Below, in pieces: positions 38,123 to 45,839 of a stretch of DNA of 45,839 nucleotides (positions are counted from its first letter, which is position 1; each line of letters starts with the position of its first letter). Below the pieces are notes generated by a model, which ran no database searches, was not told the origin of the DNA, and saw only the letters and a list, made by a program, of their open reading frames with translations. This stretch comes from an uncultured Parvularculaceae bacterium. Its GTDB lineage: Bacteria; Pseudomonadota; Alphaproteobacteria; Caulobacterales; Parvularculaceae. Both the position numbers and the translations under genes were made by a program. The stretch spans positions 1 through 45,839 of the forward strand of contig CALLVA010000070.1 of the NCBI GenBank assembly GCA_938010655.1, given 5' to 3'.

Positions 38123-39406
38123 TTAACTACCGAAAATATTCGGCAATGTCATAGACAGCGCTGGGAACAAAGTGATCACCAAAAGTGCCACGATCAAGGC
38201 GCCGTAGAATGGCCAGATCGTTTTGACCATTTCTTCCACCGTCACATTACCGACCGCCGATCCGACAAACAGAACCGCACCAACAGGCGGGGTTACCAAG
38301 CCGATACCAAGGTTCAGGATCATAATAATCCCGAAATGGGTAGGATCGATCCCCACACTCATTGCAACAGGCAATAAGATCGGTGTCATGATGATAATCA
38401 GCGGAGACATATCCATAAATGTGCCCAACAAAAGCAGGATCACATTCATCATCAAGAGAATCAGAATCGGATTGTCCGTAACGGACGTAATCAATTCGCC
38501 AAGCTGTGTTGGTGTTTTTAAGATCGCCAATGCAAAACTAAAGCCTGTTGCCGCACTAATGATCAACAAAACCATTGCCGTAATTTTAACGGATTGCTTC
38601 GCCGCTTCGAGGAACTTTGCCAGCCCCAAGGTGCGATAGACCAAAGCGCCAACAAGGATCGTATAGATCACTGCAATGGCGGAAGATTCTGTTGCGGTGA
38701 AGATACCGGATAGAATGCCCCCCAAGATGATGATCGCGGTCATGAGGCCCGGAATCGCCCAGATGAATGATTTTGCCAAAGAGCGCCAGCCGGGGAAAAT
38801 CCCTTTTTCATAGCCCCGTTTCTTCGCCACCAACCAAGCAACGACCATCAAAGCCATGCCCGTCAAAACACCTGGCACAACGCCCGCTAGGAACAAGTTA
38901 CCTACAGAAAGACCAATACCACTGGCCGCTGCATAAATAATCATATTGTGAGAGGGGGGAATCAATAGGCCCACAATCGCAGCTGTTGATGTGATATTCG
39001 CACCATAATCGGCATCATAACCACGCTCACGCATAAGCGGGTTCAACGCCGCGCCCATCGCAGAAGCACTGGCAATCGCCGAACCGGAGACCGCACCAAA
39101 CATCATGGAAGCCCCAACAGTCACCTGCCCTAGCCCCCCTTGGGCACGCCCAAAAATGCCATCAGCCACGCGGACCAATCTCTCCGCAATTCCAGCGCGA
39201 TACATCAGATCACCGGCAAAGACGAAGAATGGAATAGCCATGAGTGAAAAAATGCTCATGCCTGAAGACATCCGCTGCAGCAGAACCACCACGGGAATAT
39301 CTAGCAAAACGAAAGTAACTAATGTTGCCGCCATCAAAGAAAAGGCAACAGGAACGCCAATTGCGAGCAAAAAAAGCAATAGGCCGAGTAGAACGCTTAA
39401 CTCCAT
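38123..39406 (-). CDS. dctM: TRAP transporter large permease subunit
   Basis: 427 aa with about 12 TM segments and the typical DctM sequence (MSSGMSIFSLMAIPFFVFAGDLM, GGLGQVTVGASMMFGAVSGS). Confidence 0.9.
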   Translation of the reverse strand: MELSVLLGLLLFLLAIGVPVAFSLMAATLVTFVLLDIPVVVLLQRMSSGMSIFSLMAIPFFVFAGDLMYRAGIAERLVRVADGIFGRAQGGLGQVTVGASMMFGAVSGSAIASASAMGAALNPLMRERGYDADYGANITSTAAIVGLLIPPSHNMIIYAAASGIGLSVGNLFLAGVVPGVLTGMALMVVAWLVAKKRGYEKGIFPGWRSLAKSFIWAIPGLMTAIIILGGILSGIFTATESSAIAVIYTILVGALVYRTLGLAKFLEAAKQSVKITAMVLLIISAATGFSFALAILKTPTQLGELITSVTDNPILILLMMNVILLLLGTFMDMSPLIIIMTPILLPVAMSVGIDPTHFGIIMILNLGIGLVTPPVGAVLFVGSAVGNVTVEEMVKTIWPFYGALIVALLVITLFPALSMTLPNIFGS

Positions 39407-39903
39407 TGCGGATTTTCCTCTTCTTCGTGATCAACTTTGAAAAAATGCTCTAATAAACGCTCTAGGGCGAACAGCGCGATTAAGGCACCAGCGATTGGAA
39501 TCACTAAATACACCATGCCGCGGGTCAGAATGAGTGTTGGCACATCATGGGACCACGTTTCGGAAACCAACTGAGCTCCCCAGATCGCCATGGCAGCGCC
39601 GCAAAGGCCAACGACAATATTATTGATGGTAATCATCAAAAAGCGCAGTTTGGCGGACACAGCGTTCTCAAGCGCTACAATGCGAATATGAAACCCTTCA
39701 TAAACACCTGCCGCCGCCGCAAGACACACATACCAAATCATCAATACCAGTGCTGCTTGTTCCGACCAGTTAGGGCTGTCATTCAGCACATACCGACCAA
39801 AGACTTGCCATCCTATAATGATGGTCATGACGACCAATCCGATGGCCCCCAAGCCTAACAAAATCCTTGAAAAGAATTTTGTAAATTTTGAAAGAGCTTC
39901 CAT
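39397..39903 (-). CDS. dctQ: TRAP transporter small permease subunit
   Basis: 168 aa with 4 TM segments. It overlaps the dctM start by 10 nt. Confidence 0.8.
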   Translation of the reverse strand: MEALSKFTKFFSRILLGLGAIGLVVMTIIIGWQVFGRYVLNDSPNWSEQAALVLMIWYVCLAAAAGVYEGFHIRIVALENAVSAKLRFLMITINNIVVGLCGAAMAIWGAQLVSETWSHDVPTLILTRGMVYLVIPIAGALIALFALERLLEHFFKVDHEEEENPQWS

Positions 39904-40223
39904 TCCCTATTGTCTCCAACCATTTTTCAATTCATGAGGCGTCAGCTTTTCAGCATCAAAATAGTCTTGCCCCAGTGCTTGAAATATTATTCAAGGTGAA
40001 TCCCACTTAGCTTCATTATCAATCACTGTCACCCCATCAACAAAACGATTACGCTGTCATTTGCCAAATTCCCTTACAATTTAAATCTCATAACATCCTA
40101 TTTTAAAAGCAAAAACAGAGGACAAGAAGCGTTTGCAGTGAATGAATTCCTCATGTACATTGACACCGGTTTCTTTTTGAAGCAACAACGAAAATTCGTT
40201 GTTAAAAATGAGGGTTCAAAGGC

Positions 40224-41042
40224 ATGTCGAATACATCAACCATGGCAAAAAAAGAGCGAGAAGCCATTTCATCTTCTCTCGTCAAGGCGCGCCTTGCTTG
40301 CGAAGCGTTGGATAATTTTCCAGGCGACCTGCCAACAAGCCTTTCGGAAGCTTACGCTATTCAAGAAATCTCCATTGCAAGTTGGCCAGACAAAATTGTG
40401 GGCTGGAAAATTGGCGGTATCCCGCCTCAGTTTCTGGATCAATATGACGAAGTGCGGTTGACGGGGCCGATTTACGAAAAGTCTGTGAAGACCATTTCTG
40501 ATGATGAAGTCCAAATGCCCGTATTTAAAGACGGTTTCGCGGCTGTCGAAGCAGAATTTGTGATTAAAGTGGGTCAAGATATTCCGCCAAATACCCTTAA
40601 GGGGGACGATGATGCTGTCTTGGATATGATTGAAGCCATTCATATCGGCGTTGAAATTGCCAGTAGCCCGATGGCTGAAGTCAATAATCTGGGCCCGATG
40701 TGCATCATTAGCGACAATGGCAATAATGCTGGGCTAATTCTTGGCCCTGAAGTGAAAGATTGGCGCACCAAACCGTTTGAAGACATGCCAGTGCGTGTGG
40801 ATATTGAAGGCAAGACAGTCGGCGATGCCAATGGCGCCGGTATTCCCGGTGGACCTCTTGGAGCGTTTCGCTTCCTGGTCGATCATTTTACCAAAAGAGG
40901 CAGAACCATCCAAAAGGGCAGTTTGATTTCAACAGGTGCCGTCACGGGTGTTCACCAATCCTATATCGGGGAATCATCTATTCTGGATTTTGGGGTCTAT
41001 GGCAAATTCTTGGTAAAATTAGTCCCCGCAAAAGCTCAGTAG
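40224..41042 (+). CDS. 2-keto-4-pentenoate hydratase / 2-oxohepta-3-ene-1,7-dioate hydratase family (FAH-fold) enzyme
   Basis: 272 aa with AYAIQE, VGWKIG, EAEFVIKVGQDI and a C-terminal GSLISTGAVTG, as in MhpD/HpcG-type hydratases. Confidence 0.7.
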   Translation: MSNTSTMAKKEREAISSSLVKARLACEALDNFPGDLPTSLSEAYAIQEISIASWPDKIVGWKIGGIPPQFLDQYDEVRLTGPIYEKSVKTISDDEVQMPVFKDGFAAVEAEFVIKVGQDIPPNTLKGDDDAVLDMIEAIHIGVEIASSPMAEVNNLGPMCIISDNGNNAGLILGPEVKDWRTKPFEDMPVRVDIEGKTVGDANGAGIPGGPLGAFRFLVDHFTKRGRTIQKGSLISTGAVTGVHQSYIGESSILDFGVYGKFLVKLVPAKAQ

Positions 41043-41155
41043 GCCTCCTGTCTGGCACCTATGACCTTTTGAATGGTCGCCCTTTTTGATGACACGGAGA
41101 CACGGCTTTTCGTGCCGAAGCGAAAAAAAAATGAAAAAGGCTACGATCTGAATAT

Positions 41156-42241
41156 ATGTCCAATAGAAAAAGCGCCATAACAGAAATTGATTCAGATGCG
41201 ATTGACAAATTCTTGAAGAATTTGGGAGATCGCAAAAAACCAACCATCAATGATGTGGCGCATTTTTCTCACGTTTCCAAAAAAACCGTCTCCCGCGTCA
41301 TCAATGGATCAACCATGGTGCGGGAAAACACCCGCGACCAAGTAAATGCAGTTATTGATCAAATAGGCTTTGTGCCAGACCCCCAAGCCAGAGGGCTCGC
41401 ATTTCGTCATTCATTTTTGATTGGGCTAATCTACGATAATCCAAACCCGCAATATGTTGTCAATATTCAAGAAGGCATTCTGGAAGCTTTAAGTGGAACG
41501 GAATTTGAACTCGCGGTTCACAAATGTAGCCGGACCGATCCAAAGCTCATTCAAGAGGCTTTGCGATTTGTTGAGCGGCAAAAACTATATGGTGTCGTTT
41601 TAACGCCCTCAATTTCAGAACATGATGATCTGGCAGATGCTTTGCGCGAAACCGATTGCAAATTTATTCGTATTGCTTCCGTCAAACTTGATGAGCAAAA
41701 ACATATGCTCACGTCAAATGATGTAACGGGTGGATTAGCCGCCGCTAATTATCTTGTTGAACTTGGCCACACAAAAATTGCCTATATATCAGGCGCCCCT
41801 GATTTTAGATCTTCGAGCGAGCGTCGTGAAGGTTTTGAAGCGGGTCTTGCAGAAGCAAATCTACAACTCCAAAGCAAATATGTTGTTGAAGGAGCTTACA
41901 CATTCGATTCTGGATATCGCGCTGCTGAAAGGCTTTTATCTTTAAAGGATAGACCAACTGCAATTTTTGCTGCCAATGATGAAATGGCCGTGGGGGCCAT
42001 GCAAGCTGTCCGAGTCCGAGGATTAAAAGTACCTGATGATATTTCGATTGTCGGGTATGATGATCTAAATTTAGCCCCCGCCGTTTGGCCGAAATTGACG
42101 ACGATACATTCTCCCGTCAAAGAAATAGGCCGTTTAGCGGCAGCCAAATTGATGTCCTTTAGAAATGATACAACCGCCGAAGCGGTTGACGAAACAGAAC
42201 CTTGGTTGGTGATACGAGATTCCGCCGCACCGCCCAAATAA
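41156..42241 (+). CDS. LacI-family transcriptional regulator
   Basis: 361 aa. The HTH is TINDVAHFSHVSKKTVSRVINGS. A periplasmic-binding-protein-like sugar domain follows (AIFAANDEMAVGAMQA, SIVGYDD). Confidence 0.9.
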   Translation: MSNRKSAITEIDSDAIDKFLKNLGDRKKPTINDVAHFSHVSKKTVSRVINGSTMVRENTRDQVNAVIDQIGFVPDPQARGLAFRHSFLIGLIYDNPNPQYVVNIQEGILEALSGTEFELAVHKCSRTDPKLIQEALRFVERQKLYGVVLTPSISEHDDLADALRETDCKFIRIASVKLDEQKHMLTSNDVTGGLAAANYLVELGHTKIAYISGAPDFRSSSERREGFEAGLAEANLQLQSKYVVEGAYTFDSGYRAAERLLSLKDRPTAIFAANDEMAVGAMQAVRVRGLKVPDDISIVGYDDLNLAPAVWPKLTTIHSPVKEIGRLAAAKLMSFRNDTTAEAVDETEPWLVIRDSAAPPK

Positions 42242-42326
42242 TACACACCAAACAATTCCCTTCCTTAAAAACAGTCCGTATAGGTCTTTTAAATCCCTTT
42301 ATATCTTACATTTGTTAGGAAAAATC

Positions 42327-43085
42327 ATGACTAATCCATTCGATCTTTCAGGTAAAACAGCCCTGGTCACAGGTGCAAATACTGGCCTTGGCCAGGGTAT
42401 GGCAGTATCTTTAGCCGAAGCTGGCGCAGATATCGTTGCCATTGGCCGCTCTTCCGCCGCCGACACGGCCAAAGCTGTCGCCGCAACAGGCCGCAAGTTT
42501 TTTGAAGTCAAAGGCGACCTTTCAGACAAAGACGGGTTGGAGGATCTCTTCAAGAAAGCTGTGGCGCAAACGGGGGCAGTTGATATTTTGGTTAATAATG
42601 CCGGGATCATCAAACGAAATGATGCAATCGATTTTACGGCGGAAGATTGGGACTCCGTCATGGATGTGAACATCCGCGCGACATTCTTCCTCTGCCAATA
42701 TTTCGCCCGCCACGTAACGAGCGATAATAGACAAGGTAAAATCATCAATATCGCTTCCATGCTGTCTTACCAAGGCGGTATTAGAGTGGCTTCTTACACA
42801 GCTTCAAAAAGCGGCGTGATGGGCCTAACCCGTCTTCTTGCCAATGAGTGGGCAAATAAGGGGATCAATACAAACGCAATTGCCCCCGGATATTTCGCCA
42901 CAAACAATACAGCTGCTCTGCAAGCGGATGAAAAGCGTAATACTGAAATCCTTGGGCGTATTCCCGCAGGGCGTTGGGGCAACCCGACAGATCTTGGCGG
43001 TGCCGCGGTTTTCCTTGCTTCGTCGGCTTCTGATTATGTGCAAGGCATTACATTGCCTGTCGATGGCGGCTGGCTCGCCCGATAA
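42327..43085 (+). CDS. kduD: 2-dehydro-3-deoxy-D-gluconate 5-dehydrogenase (SDR)
   Basis: 252 aa from ATG 42327 (SD AGGAAA). It is colinear with E. coli KduD as I recall it: GKTALVTGANTGLGQGMA, ILVNNAGI, KIINIASMLSYQGGIRVASYTASKSGVMGLTRLLANEWA, DRIPAGRWG, DGGWLAR. Confidence 0.9.
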   Translation: MTNPFDLSGKTALVTGANTGLGQGMAVSLAEAGADIVAIGRSSAADTAKAVAATGRKFFEVKGDLSDKDGLEDLFKKAVAQTGAVDILVNNAGIIKRNDAIDFTAEDWDSVMDVNIRATFFLCQYFARHVTSDNRQGKIINIASMLSYQGGIRVASYTASKSGVMGLTRLLANEWANKGINTNAIAPGYFATNNTAALQADEKRNTEILGRIPAGRWGNPTDLGGAAVFLASSASDYVQGITLPVDGGWLAR

Positions 43086-43096
43086 GATATCTATAT

Positions 43097-43135
43097 AAAA
43101 AGGGGAAAGACATTTTAAAATGCCTTTCCCCTTTT
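43097..43135. terminator. bidirectional terminator between the convergent kduD and RpiB-like genes
   Basis: AAAAAGGGGAAAG-acattttaaaatgc-CTTTCCCCTTTT, with A and T runs on both sides. Confidence 0.8.
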
Positions 43136-43167
43136 CACTCATAAGCTAATGATAGTGTCATCAACCC

Positions 43168-43806
43168 TTAAGCAAGAACGCTTTTGATATAATCAATAAT
43201 GTCTTTATCCTGCGCATTTTCAAAGAAATATTCTTGGAAGCGATCTCCAGCGATGGCTGCTTTTAGCAAGTCTTGATCAAGACCTTTCAAAACAGAAACC
43301 ATATCGTGACAGGCTACGGCCTTAACATCTTTCAAGATGTTACGATTTTTCGCCATAATTTCGGCGCGTTCTTTTGGATATCCAAGACCGCTTTCGCCAT
43401 CGAATAATTTTGCGTAGCAATCTTGCAAGTTCAATTCAGCTGCCCAGCCAAAACCCTTGGCATAAGGCATCGAAATCGCATTACCATCATTAATCTGTGC
43501 AAAAAGAAATGCATCTGTTGGGTCAATCACAAGACCACAAAATACACCTGGCATTGAATTACAAGCCAGCATAGAGCCCATTCCGGTGCCACAGCCCGTA
43601 ACCACAAAGTCAGCCGCTTTTGAGTTCAGCAAAATGCCCGTCAAAATACCATTCATAACATAAGTCAGAGAGGCTTTATCATCAGCACCATACATACCGT
43701 AATGGTGCACCGTATGACCAAGAGGCTCTGCAACGCTTGTAAGAGCATTGTGAATCACGTCGCTTTTGGCAGCTTGACTATTTTCAACAATAAGGGCGAT
43801 TTTCAT
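43168..43806 (-). CDS. RpiB/LacA/LacB-family sugar isomerase, long (~212 aa) form; candidate DhuI-type 4-deoxy-L-threo-5-hexosulose-uronate isomerase
   Basis: Start taken at ATG 43806 (SD AGGA) instead of the track start 43842. It reads MKIALIVENSQAAK..., VVTGCGTGMGSMLACNS and ISMPYAKGFGW. It is convergent with kduD. Confidence 0.7.
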   Translation of the reverse strand: MKIALIVENSQAAKSDVIHNALTSVAEPLGHTVHHYGMYGADDKASLTYVMNGILTGILLNSKAADFVVTGCGTGMGSMLACNSMPGVFCGLVIDPTDAFLFAQINDGNAISMPYAKGFGWAAELNLQDCYAKLFDGESGLGYPKERAEIMAKNRNILKDVKAVACHDMVSVLKGLDQDLLKAAIAGDRFQEYFFENAQDKDIIDYIKSVLA

Positions 43807-44145
43807 AAAATATCCTATCGAGATGGTTGTGCACATCGGCAAAGAAGCGCGAGGGTTTTTCTGGATGACAGCTGGTGTCCTCTGGAAAACTAATACCGCT
43901 TAGAAGCAATAATGTCCACCGGTGTCAATACCCTCTTTCCAGCGCAAAACGAATAGTGGCCACCCCCGAAAAACTCAATGGCGGTAACAATTTATGTGTA
44001 AGTATAAGAAGATATGGCGCACCGGGGATGCTTTTCTCGATATTTTCATTGCTGAACATAATTGAACATTCCCCAGTACCATTAAAGAGTCTTTGAAATT
44101 TTTGCACATCAAGGCTGAACATAGCTTTTCACCATTTTTCATGTT

Positions 44146-44193
44146 AAAGGGTGGTTCTAAAGGTGGTTCAATAGTTCGATTCAAAAGGTGGTT
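44146..44193 (+). repeat. three direct copies of AAAGG(G)TGGTT immediately upstream of, and overlapping, the integrase start
   Basis: The copies are AAAGGGTGGTT (44146), AAAGGTGGTT (44159) and AAAGGTGGTT (44184). The last one doubles as an SD-like AAGGTGG for GTG 44196. Confidence 0.6.
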
Positions 44194-45341
44194 TGGTGCA
44201 ACACAACACTCTCAATACCATGAAAGCAAAATCGCTCGACGCTGGAAAATATAATGATGGGCAAGGGTTGTGGTTGCACAAAAGGAGTAAAGGTCATGGG
44301 CGATGGTTTTTGCGCATTGTAGTTGGTGGCAAGCGCCGCGAGATGGGGCTTGGCCCGTGGCCTGATGTTTCCATTGCTGAAGCCCGTGAAAATGCGGCCC
44401 TCGCCCGAAAACAGGTGCGGTCTGGCCTTGATCCGGTCTTCGAAAGACAAAAAAGCCGCAAACAGCAAAATCGCTTATCAATTGCAGATGCAATCAATAG
44501 CTGTTTTGAAGCACGCAAAGCTGAATTGAAAAACGATGGCAAGGCTGGCGGTTGGTTGTCCCCTCTGACCACGCATGTGCTGCCTCAATACGGTAAGCAA
44601 GCCATCGAAGATGTCGATCAACACATATTAAAAGAGATGCTGACCCCTATCTGGCATGAAAAGGCGGATGTGGCGCGAAAGGTTTTGATGAGGATGAACT
44701 TGACGCTTACCCACGCCGCTGCTCTTGGTCTTGATGTTGACCTCCAAGCGCCTCTGAAAGCCAGAGCGCTACTTGGGAAACAACGCCACGAAACGAAACA
44801 TGTACCCTCCCTTCCCTACAAAGAAGTCCCAACATTTTATCAGCACATTTGCAACAGCGCGTCGACTTCTTGCCTCGCCCTCCGACTGATTATCTTAACG
44901 GTATCGCGAACGAGTGAAGTACGCTTCTTAACCCTAGATGAAATTCACGGTGATGTTTGGATTTTGCCCGCAAAGAGAACGAAAACCAACCGAGAGCATC
45001 GTATTCCTCTCACCACCGAAGCGCTGAAAGTGATAGAAATCGCTCAACAGCAATCCACATCCAATTATTTGTTTCCTTCTCCAACTGGAAAGGCGATGTC
45101 AAATATGGCCATGGCTCAGTATATGAAAAGACAAAATCTAGAGGCCCGACCCCACGGCTTTAGAGCTTCTTTCCGTACATGGGCAGAAGAGCAAACTGAT
45201 GCGGAACACGCCGTCATGGAATCTTGTTTAGGGCATGTGGTAGATAAAGGTGTGATCGGGGCGTATCAACGTGGCGATAGATTGGAAAAAAGAAGTACAT
45301 TGCTTCAAAAATGGCAAGAATATCTGATTTTTAATCAATAG
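44193..45341 (+). CDS. int: tyrosine recombinase, P4-type integrase with an N-terminal DUF4102-like arm-binding domain; candidate dusA-associated integrase
   Basis: 382 aa. The N-terminus reads LDAGKYNDGQGLWLHKRSKGHGRWFLRIVVGGKRREMGLGPWPDVSIAEARE. The catalytic residues are in TVSRTSEV (Arg), PHGFRASFRTW (His-x-x-Arg) and GAYQRGD (Tyr). The start is ambiguous: TTG 44193, GTG 44196 or ATG 44220. Confidence 0.9.
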   Translation: MVQHNTLNTMKAKSLDAGKYNDGQGLWLHKRSKGHGRWFLRIVVGGKRREMGLGPWPDVSIAEARENAALARKQVRSGLDPVFERQKSRKQQNRLSIADAINSCFEARKAELKNDGKAGGWLSPLTTHVLPQYGKQAIEDVDQHILKEMLTPIWHEKADVARKVLMRMNLTLTHAAALGLDVDLQAPLKARALLGKQRHETKHVPSLPYKEVPTFYQHICNSASTSCLALRLIILTVSRTSEVRFLTLDEIHGDVWILPAKRTKTNREHRIPLTTEALKVIEIAQQQSTSNYLFPSPTGKAMSNMAMAQYMKRQNLEARPHGFRASFRTWAEEQTDAEHAVMESCLGHVVDKGVIGAYQRGDRLEKRSTLLQKWQEYLIFNQ

Positions 45342-45362
45342 GTCCACGGTTCACGTCTGTGT

Positions 45363-45399
45363 GGGGCACCAGAAAATTCAATGACTTAGTGGAAATCAT
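45363..45399 (-). pseudogene. orphan dusA 5' fragment / att site abutting the integrase 3' end
   Basis: The minus strand reads ATGATTTCCACTAAGTCATTGAATTTTCTGGTGCCCC. It starts MIS like the resident DusA. Its core codes FSGAP, compared with FSVAP in DusA. 12/15 nt are identical to dusA 15506-15520. The ATG and the core are out of frame, so it looks decayed. Confidence 0.5.
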
Positions 45400-45526
45400 G
45401 GTTTAGCTTAAGCTCGTTTTAGGCTCGAATAAATTCTCGTTATGGTAAATTTGCTATCATTTTGCCCTTGAATGATTAATTACTATACATAAATGAACAT
45501 AAGTTAAGCTTTATGGGCAGCGTGAA

Positions 45527-45839
45527 ATGAATAATGAAAAGTTAATTCCGGCAGTTAAGTTATTCACCAGTTCAATCGAATTCCGAGCTTCACGTTTCCG
45601 TATGTCATTTGATGCAGGTAACGGAATACCAATCTGGAATTCGAAAAATGTGTCGGATAATAGTGTGCAAATTTCGACTTTTGAGGTTTCTTCTGGAGGA
45701 GGGAAGACAACACTAGCGTCGGAATTGTACGCTTTTTTGAATCCTGAAAAAAGGGAAAAACTGCATTTCGGATTTGATCCACCCATAATCAGTTTAAAGC
45801 GCTCTGTAGCGATGATTCCCCAGAAATTTGATATTATTC
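45527..45839 (+). CDS. P-loop NTPase-like protein; only the 5' part is present and it runs off the right edge
   Basis: Absent from the ORF track. The frame is open from ATG 45527 to the window end (104 codons). It reads MNNEKLIPAVKLFTSS...VQISTFEVSSGGGKTTLASELYAFL, with a Walker-A-like GGGKTT. It sits in AT-rich DNA and competes with the minus-strand track ORFs 45511..45786. Confidence 0.45.
   Translation, partial: MNNEKLIPAVKLFTSSIEFRASRFRMSFDAGNGIPIWNSKNVSDNSVQISTFEVSSGGGKTTLASELYAFLNPEKREKLHFGFDPPIISLKRSVAMIPQKFDII

Larger units (their letters stand above)
15506..45376. mobile_element. putative dusA-integrated genomic island (about 29.9 kb), bounded by a dusA-5' core and its orphan copy next to the integrase
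   Basis: The core TTTTTCCGTTGCCCC in the dusA 5' end (minus strand, 15506-15520) is repeated as ATTTTCTGGTGCCCC (12/15 identical) 21 nt past the integrase stop. The repeat has the same orientation, is preceded by its own ATG, and similarity stops exactly at GCCCC. DNA directly upstream of the dusA ATG is visibly AT-richer. Confidence 0.45.

Noticed and set aside
43843-44192. Short ORFs (65-73 aa) upstream of the integrase as a possible excisionase (Xis/AlpA).
   Set aside because: None shows an AlpA/MerR-like helix-turn-helix pattern, and they overlap each other in AT-rich DNA.
45344-45371. A tRNA-3'-end-like string after the integrase stop (CACGG-TTCACGT-CTGTG-TGGGGCA-CCA), which could be a tRNA-derived att site.
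   Set aside because: The register of the T-loop, acceptor and CCA is off by one. The implied acceptor would start with U. No matching 5' half or full tRNA exists in the window. The same bases read on the other strand match the dusA 5' core much better, so I reinterpreted it as a dusA-type att site.
45511-45786. Minus-strand 91-aa and 72-aa ORFs at the right edge.
   Set aside because: They have low-complexity translations with no motifs. The plus-strand frame over the same DNA stays open to the window edge and carries a Walker-A-like motif.

Overview
The window is 45.8 kb and probably comes from a marine alphaproteobacterium. That is an inference from gene content only: a DUF2794 protein, a short-type ArgC, a fused N-acetylglutamate synthase/kinase of the Xanthomonas/Maricaulis type, and a TonB-dependent receptor. 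I recognised no rRNA, tRNA, CRISPR array or transposase. Positions 1-15.5 kb look like ordinary chromosome. They carry a partial J-domain membrane protein, a TonB-dependent receptor, P-II, a Sel1-like protein, argAB-argC, an AEC transporter, hbd, arfB (read through from a frameshifted hydroxylase-like ORF), a Rieske-GltS-like fusion, and tauE-dusA. From the 5' end of dusA (about 15.5 kb) to a P4-type tyrosine integrase (44.2-45.3 kb) the sequence behaves like a dusA-integrated genomic island of roughly 30 kb. An ATG-led dusA-5'-like fragment sits 21 nt past the integrase stop, in the same orientation as dusA. A weaker second copy lies at 17.4 kb. The cargo falls into four groups. (i) Two lipoprotein genes in AT-richer DNA. 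(ii) A sugar-acid cluster with ManD-type dehydratase, Gfo/Idh/MocA oxidoreductase, SSS symporter, a lipoprotein, AGE epimerase and an Nramp-like transporter. (iii) A 10.7-kb signalling cassette at 25.4-36.2 kb. (iv) A secreted beta-helix protein, TRAP dctQM without dctP, a hydratase, LacI, kduD and an RpiB-like isomerase. The cassette in (iii) is my best candidate for an undescribed system. It holds an ECF43-like sigma factor divergent from a Ser/Thr kinase, then a tight operon of two small membrane proteins, a PPP phosphatase, an SPFH/coiled-coil/zinc-ribbon protein, a zinc-ribbon-FHA protein, a second zinc-ribbon kinase and a leaderless papain-like protease. It amounts to a membrane-associated phospho-switch with a protease as likely output. 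All product calls rest on motifs I could read in the translations. No database search was run.
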